Part shown: positions 10,015-16,391 of the stretch, in pieces
Layout of the letters: each line of letters opens with the position of its first letter
Numbering within the stretch: position 1 is the first letter of the stretch
NCBI GenBank assembly: GCA_024626585.2
Contig: JANKJI020000002.1
Coordinates: 234,423,055-234,439,445 of the forward strand
Reading direction: 5' to 3'
Origin: Ginkgo biloba
Lineage: Eukaryota > Plantae > Ginkgophyta
DNA: 16,391 bases
Program-made: the position numbers and the translations under genes
The notes under the pieces: model-generated
Database searches by the model: none
What the model was told of the DNA's origin: nothing
The model's input: the letters and a program-made list of their open reading frames with translations, nothing else

Positions 10015-11820
10015 CTTTCATTGAGTGCCGATCAGAGGTCCATGGAGGGAGCCCTCTCCTGTTTGAATAGCTTTTGCACTGCATCAGGCTCAGTGGTTAG
10101 CAACCACAAGACAGAATTTTGGCTAATTGGGCAGGACTCTCCCCCTGAGTGGATTCCCATAGACTGGACACATATTCGACTTGGTACCATTGTGAGGTAT
10201 CTGGGCATTCCATTCGGGATAGGGTTGTCACCAGTTGCTATGTGGGATTGGTGCCTCCAAAGGCTTCAGAATAGACTGCACGCCTGGTATCATAAGGATC
10301 TCCCCTTTGCTAGGAAATTGACAGTTGTAGGATGCATTCTCCAGGCGTCACATGTTTACTATGCGTCTTGTTGGTTTCCTAGCAAAACCCAATTTCGTAA
10401 ATTGGAGCAGATTCTCCGTTCCTATCTCTGGGCAAAATTCGGTGGAGAAAAGGGCCTTCCTAAGGTCAGATGGGATGTTTGCTCAATGCCAAAGGAGGAT
10501 GGAGGTTTGGGGTTGATTGACATTACTACTCAGGGCAGCATTCTAGAAGCCAAGTGGGTAGTAAGGTGTCTGGAGGGTTCTGCGCCCTAGCAAATACTCC
10601 TTCGGCATAGAATTATGACAGCTCAGCATACTGGTAGAGTGCGAGGCCCTTTTGACTTATGTGATATCATTTCGGATCCAAACTTATTCCAGGTTACAGG
10701 TTCTTACATCTTTAAGAGCATCTGGAAGGCTTGGAAGGTGGTTGCAGGTTTGGTTTGCTGGAAATGGGAAGGCAGTAGAGTTGGATGGGACATAGCGAAG
10801 AGACTGATTTGGAGTTGGAAACTCCAGGACAGGTGCATAGTTGAAATGCCTCGTTTCCAGGCGTGGAGGTTGAGTAGGAAAGGCATTTTTCATTGAGAGG
10901 ATCTTTGGGATGTTGAATCCTGCAACTGGAAGGATTGGCGCTCCCTGGCGCAGGAGTATGGTCTGCTAGGGTCGGACTGCCTGGCAGTGATGGAATTGAA
11001 GAGGTTGATCCTAGAGTCAGAGGTCTATAAGATGAACATTGGGATGCCTGAGCCGTTTTGGAGAGACTAGATGTGGAAGTTTGACAAACCTTTGAGGCTT
11101 TATGACTCTAAGTAGTTTTATGCTTGTCTGCATCACAGGATTTCACTCTCAGCAGTGTTGAATGCGAGGTGGGCCTCTTCAGATCCAGAGAGTAGTTGGA
11201 TTCACAGGTTGCACAGTGTTTGGTCCGTGCGATTATCTTACAAGCTGAGGGTGTTTGCGTGGATGGTGATTTATCAGGGTCTCCCTACCAAAGCCAGGCT
11301 AGCTAAGTCAGGCTTTTCTGATGGTCAGTGCATGTTTTGCAAAAAGCCAGAAACGGTGAAACATATCCTTTGGGAGTGCCAGGTGGCCAAGTCCTGTTGG
11401 GGGTACATACAGGCCTATTGTGTAGATTTGCTCCATGTGAGAGTTTATTGGCAGGCAGTTTTGTTAGGGGACGGGCGGAACCTAGTGCCCGAAGCGTTCA
11501 GAGGCATTTGGCATTGCTTGAGGATCGTGGCCCTATCTACGATATGGAAGATGAGATGTAAAGCAGTTTTTGAACAAGAGGAGTTCTCATTTTCTGTGTT
11601 TTGCTTTATGTGGCGTCAAGAAAGTAGGAAGCAACTTTTAGCTAAGGGGGCTTTGTTGATCAAGGATGCTCACTCTTTGGAGCCTGCAGATTATTCTGAC
11701 TTTATTGCTGCCTTAGTGAAACTTTGGAAGATGATATGAGGTTCTTCGTATATACCCTTCCGTGTATTATATTCTTTGTATATATGCTTTTGTAAATATA
11801 AGAAGCATTTTTCAAAAAAA
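10015..11820 (+). mobile_element. 5'-truncated L1-type LINE (non-LTR retrotransposon)
   Basis: Sharp GC rise near 10020, ORF2 C-terminal half, ~75-nt T-rich 3' UTR and an A7 tail at 11814-11820. No TSD recognised; the 5' boundary is approximate. Confidence 0.9.
10021..11739 (+). pseudogene. LINE ORF2 remnant: RT C-terminal part and zf-RVT CCHC domain
   Basis: One frame of 573 codons with four internal stops (10588, 10894, 11068, 11113) and no frameshift. Motifs FCTASGSVVSNHKT, VRYLGIPF, VRWDVCSMPKEDGGLGL, KLRVFAWMVIYQGLPTKARL and CMFCKKPETVKHILWEC. Confidence 0.95.
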
Positions 11821-11823
11821 GGT

Positions 11824-11990
11824 ATTAATGACATCATTAATTGTTGTTTCTCTGTTCATTGATGTGACTCATGTCTATAATCAATACATCAGTTAATAAA
11901 TTGTCTCTCTTCATTAATGCGACTTAGGTCTGCAATTAATACTTTATTTAATTGATTTTCTCTCTCTTCATTAACGTGGCTTGGCACAAC
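11824..11990. repeat. Three ~55-56 bp diverged tandem units
   Basis: Units at 11824, 11880 and 11935 share AT(T/C)AAT..AC...TTAAT....TCTCT.TTCATT.A.G.G.CT. Confidence 0.75.
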
Positions 11991-12159
11991 ATCAATTGTG
12001 AATTTGTGACTAATAAATGCGACCTCAGACTGTCATAATAAGCATTCAATGCAGTTTCAGGGCTAGTGTCAGCCTGCAATTAATGTTGCCTGATATCAGC
12101 AGTTGCGCTTCCCCTGTTTGCTGCCATAAATGCTTCCTTTTAGGGATGATGTCATGCTT

Positions 12160-12262
12160 AAGGTTGCTGCCATGTCATCAACTCGTTGCCACATCTTCAA
12201 CTCACTGCCACATCCATAGAAGGTTGCTGCCATATCACACTTTCCTAGGCTGCCACATCATC
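12160..12262 (-). promoter_or_regulatory. Array of five degenerate GATGACGTGGCA (G-box/ABRE-like) motifs in the LTR
   Basis: TGCCA(C/T)(A/G)TC at 12168, 12187, 12206, 12228 and 12251; AAGGTTGCTGCCAT repeated exactly at 12160 and 12220. A regulatory role is inferred, not shown. Confidence 0.5.
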
Positions 12263-14156
12263 ACTACTAAGTGCATTCGTTTGTTTTTTCCATCATATTC
12301 AAGCGTTATTCTATTAATTTTGTCACATCAACAATATCCTGCTAACAAGTATCATATCTTTCTGGAAACGAAAAGAAAAGGCACATGTAATGGTGCCAGA
12401 ATGAAAGTGATCACAGAGGCCATCTGACCCAAGTCACTGGCTTTAAAAACTCTAATTTCTACTCCCCAATCTGCAAAATTTCAACATCATAGCAATTCAC
12501 AAAAGATGCCCTTCCAACTCTGCCCAGCGTCCAACCTTTCCACAAATGGCCAGACAATGTCCATCTAATGGTGCTAGACCTAATTTGATAAAAGGCCTCT
12601 AGACCAAAGTCATTGGCCTTCAAAGAATTTGGTTATGCCTCAATGCTACAATTTTCTAGGCTTTCATGCAAGTCATTGCTCTCCCATAGCTACTAATTAC
12701 TATAACGAATTTATAATGTCTTTTTCTAGCAAATCGCTAAAGCACTTATCCCAACAAGTCGCATTAACAAAGAGAGGGAAGTACTCAAAGAAGAATTCTC
12801 TAGATCATAACTCAAATGAGGCTTCCAACCCTACTTATACTTCTGAACCATAGGCTATCTACACAGCCTTTGAAGCTGACATGAATTCCTGTGCAATCTC
12901 TTATCTCTAGGGCACCTTAAATGTTGTTTCTAGGCTTAAGACTTAAACCCTACACTATGTTTCAAGATGCTTGACTCCATCAAATTGCCACATTTGCTGT
13001 CTTTAAAAGCCGTTGTATACTCCAATGTTGTCAAAAAGAAATTTGCTTTGACTCGTTGGAATATAATAGAAACAGAGTAGATAGAGAATGTCTTATCATA
13101 TGTCTGGGCTATAGTAACTGTTGTGCAGTAAAGTTGATTCCAAGGGGTTTAGATGTGACAGGTGTAACTTTGTTCTTGGATTGGTTGAATTTCTAACTTC
13201 TATGTTAATATCAACTTGTTGCAGTCTAATAGATAGGACCAGGCTGTGTGACTGATGAAATTAATCTATGTTTGACTGGTTAGTATTTGCGATTCACAAG
13301 TAGATGTCATGCACGTTTCCCTTTATGTTCAATTTTTTGTGATGGGGTTAGGTGATAACTCACTCTATTTCGGATAAACTGCAAAGTGGTGACATGAATG
13401 GAAGAATATGTGGATCGAGTTCTTTTGTTTGTTGTCAACACTGATAAATTATTCAGTTGATGAAACTTGTGGTGATCATGAAACAAGCATAGCTCTGACT
13501 TTCCTGTTACGCATTTACCTTTTAATGATATAGTTTAATTCCGTATTGCTAGAGGAGTTGCCAGAGGTCCATGTAATTAGATTGATGCATTGGATCTTCG
13601 AGGAAGTTAGGAATGGGATTGTGGGCAAACTTCTACCACTGCAGAAACAGGACCCCATGCAGATCCAAAACTGAGTAACATATCTAACAAATATAAAAAG
13701 AAGAAAATTCTGAAACCAAATAAATTGTGTAAAAAATTCAGAAAGCATTTATCAAATGTCAATGAAGCATCTCTTCAGCCATGTAGTATTAGCATTCTTG
13801 CAGCATATCTATTGCCTGCTTCCACTTGGGAGATAGTTTCCATCCAAACTACAGGTGGGGGTAGCTTCTGTTGAGGCTGATGGTCATCAAGACATAGTTT
13901 GGGAGCTCTATCTTGGATTTCAACCTGGAAATGCTTCTTAATACAAAGTGCATTTTGCATCAGTAAATTCAGATTTCAAATTTAAGCTGAAAGCCTCCAG
14001 TGCACCACCTAGCATCTTATATTGCTGTAGTCTTGTTTATAATAGCTGTTCCAACCNNNNNNNNNNNNNNNNNNNNNNNNNNNNNNNNNNNNNNNNNNNN
14101 NNNNNNNNNNNNNNNNNNNNNNNNNNNNNNNNNNNNNNNNNNNNNNNNNNNNNNNN

Positions 14157-15206
14157 GTTGAAAACCCAAGAAAGATTCCTCTAGTAAGGGAGGGGGGAGA
14201 TGATGATGTCTCACTTGCGGGATGTTGATCAACCACCCCCCCCACTACTCTCACTCCTAACATCTAAGGCCGAAGAGAAGAATATGGTAAGGAAAAAATA
14301 TGGCACTATGAGGGTATGAATTGATTAGAGATCCCTAAACAAGGTGCCTATCAAGGATAAGTATCCCTTATACCTCAAATTGATGGTTTACTTGATCAAA
14401 CAAAGTTGCTACAATTTTTCTTCAGATTGATCTTCAAAGTAGTTATCACCAAATATGTAGCAATGCAGTTGATATCAAAAAGATAGTTTTCACAATGAGA
14501 GATGGTCATTAGGAGTTTCCTAACAAATGCTCCTGGGAGGGTTATGAGAATGATGAATGGAATTTTTAGCCTATTTTTGGAGAAATTTATGGTAGTCTTT
14601 CTTGATGACAATTTGGTTTTTTGCAAGTTGAAAGAACAATGCCAACAAAATATGAATGCGGTCTTGGAAGTTCTTCAAGGGCATAAACTCTATACTAAGG
14701 CTACCAAGTGTGACTTTTTCAAGCATGAGATTGAATATCTGGGCCACAATGTCAATGCAAAAGGTATAGTTATTAATCCTAAGAAAATACAAGTTGTTAA
14801 AATTTGGCTTGTTCCTCGAAATGTGCACAAGGCTAGGAGTTTTCTTGGCCTTGCGAGTTTTTATCAACGATTTGTTTTAGCCTTTCGAGAATAGTGGCAT
14901 GTTTAACAAATTTATTAAAAGGAAAAATCAATTTATGTGGTAAAAAAAGCATCAACAGAGCTTTGAAGTACTAAAACAAAGCTCCAATATTCACCCTATG
15001 ATCTAAAACCTTTGTAATGCACGCGAATGCGAGTAGGCATGGCATGGGTGTAGTGTTGATGCATGGCGGAAAGGTAACTTCATACAAAAGCAGAAAGATG
15101 CCTTGTCTATGATAAAGAGTATTTTTGGCTATCATTCACCACATCAAACTCTAGAAGTATTACTTAAAAGAACAATGAATTTTAGTTAATTAATGACCAT
15201 AAATCC
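14157..15206 (+). pseudogene. Chromovirus-like Ty3/Gypsy RT-RNase H remnant
   Basis: VRKKYGTMRV*ID*RSLNKVPIKDKYPL, IDLQSSYHQI, GH*EF, LTNAP, VVFLDDNLVF (FLDD at 14598-14609), IEYLGHNV, ARSFLGLASFYQRFV, FVMHANASRHGMGVVLMH, YDKE and DHKS. Confidence 0.92.
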
Positions 15207-15306
15207 NNNNNNNNNNNNNNNNNNNNNNNNNNNNNNNNNNNNNNNNNNNNNNNNNNNNNNNNNNNNNNNNNNNNNNNNNNNNNNNNNNNNNNNNNNNNNN
15301 NNNNNN

Positions 15307-16391
15307 AACATATTTCCAGTGCCCATACCTGGACATAAGTCACTAACATGCAAAGGCCTAATGGATAACCAGTAGCTTTAGATAGGCAACTACATGCTCA
15401 ATTCAATCTTCTTTGCATTGCCAATATGTGGAGTAAATGTCGTGCTAGGAATACAATGGCTTAACACTCTCAAAACATATGTGATAAATCACATCAAGAG
15501 GTTTATAGGGTTAAAAGTAAATGGCGTAAAGTACTAGATTAATGCGATAGCCCCACCACCAACTCAAGTCATAGACCAAAAAAATATGGATAACACTTTA
15601 GGAAAGGGGACATCAAATTCATAACAAGCCGTTGTTGTATGGAAGCCTAACTCTGGCAAGAAGAGATGCAAGTGGGAATGATGAAACGACTCCAAAATAA
15701 GACAAGGTTATAGAAAAGGTGTTACAAAAGCCTGGTGAGGTGTTTCAATAGTTTCCTATAAGTCTACCTCTAAATAGGGGCACAAAATACATCATAGAAC
15801 TCAAGCCCAACAGAGCACCAACAATAGTAAAACCATATTGATACAAACACAATAAGAAGACAAACATTGAATGACTAATGCAAGAGTTTTTGTAACTAGG
15901 CACCATAACACAATAAAAGTCTATATGTAATACTAGTAGTCCTTCCGAGATAGAAAGATTGATCATTTTGATTGTGTATCAGTTGTCAAGCTCTAAACAA
16001 AATCACAATACAAAATAAGTTCCCCATGCCAAGGATTAATGACATACTAGACATGTTGCACAAGGGAAAATATTTCTCCAAGACTGACTTACGGTCCACA
16101 TACTCCTAGATTTCCATTTGTATGGAGGATAAACATAAAAAACACCTTCTTAATATATCACGATCACTGCAAATTTCATGTAATGCCATGTGTTATCCAA
16201 CACCCCAACAACATTCCAAGTCCTAACAAACAGGATTTTCATCAAGGTACTACACAAATCTATCTTCGTTTTCTTCAATGATATCTTAATCTACAGTGTT
16301 GAATGGGACAAACATATACACCATGTAAATAAGACACTTGAAATTCTAGAGTAGCATTGTTTATACATTTGGGTTTCTAAATCTTGTTATG
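15307..16391 (+). pseudogene. Second chromovirus-like Ty3/Gypsy pol remnant: protease C-terminus, linker and RT (runs off the window)
   Basis: FFALPICGVNVVLGIQWLNTL (protease), LPLNRGTKYIIEL...VKPY*Y, ALNKITIQNKFPMPRINDILDML, YFSKTDLRSTY, FHVMP and FVFFNDILIYS (16271-16282). Confidence 0.92.

Larger units (their letters stand above)
9615..12347 (-). mobile_element. Candidate solo LTR (~0.93 kb after removing the LINE), same family as the 3103 insertion
   Basis: Minus-strand start TGTTAGCAGGATATT at 12347, TG..CA termini, and 5-bp direct repeat AGTAT at 9610-9614 and 12348-12352. The 12347 end is well supported; the 9615 end rests on the TSD only. Confidence 0.5.

Noticed and set aside
10684-11561. 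Antisense and alternative-frame ORFs (10684-10893, 10704-10886, 11328-11561); likewise 14396-14626, 14571-14867 and 15745-15966
   Set aside because: Shadows of the LINE ORF2 or pol reading frames.
12017-12427. 136-aa Cys/His-rich ORF
   Set aside because: The Cys/His content is the translation of the TGCCAC motif array, and the ORF crosses the LTR boundary at 12347.
13519-14056. Stops repairable by U-to-C RNA editing or stop-codon recoding
   Set aside because: All stop codons begin with T, so the pattern carries no information; stop density is near random, and such editing is organellar.

Overview
This is eukaryotic, CpG-depleted land-plant DNA from a draft assembly with eight N gaps. The element styles suggest a large-genome fern or gymnosperm (inference). 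It is a nest of dead retroelements, with no intact host gene, RNA gene or CRISPR array that I can support. Contents: (1) LTR-like DNA at 1-990, then a + strand Ty3/Gypsy integrase C-terminal remnant; (2) a degenerate minus-strand non-chromoviral (Athila/Tat-like) Ty3/Gypsy element with gag ~8183-6240, RT-RNaseH ~5850-4469 and integrase ~3100-1895, interrupted at 3103 by an LTR-like insertion; (3) a second, inverted member of that LTR family ending at 12347, probably a ~0.93 kb solo LTR (candidate TSD AGTAT), carrying a younger 5'-truncated L1-type LINE (~10015-11820); (4) an unassigned segment at 12350-14056; (5) two + strand chromovirus-like pol remnants at 14157-15206 and 15307-16391. I found no convincing novel biological system. 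The best leads are the shared LTR family with its deaminated TGACGTGGC array, the nesting order, the Gly/Asn/His-rich Gag N-terminus and the unassigned segment.
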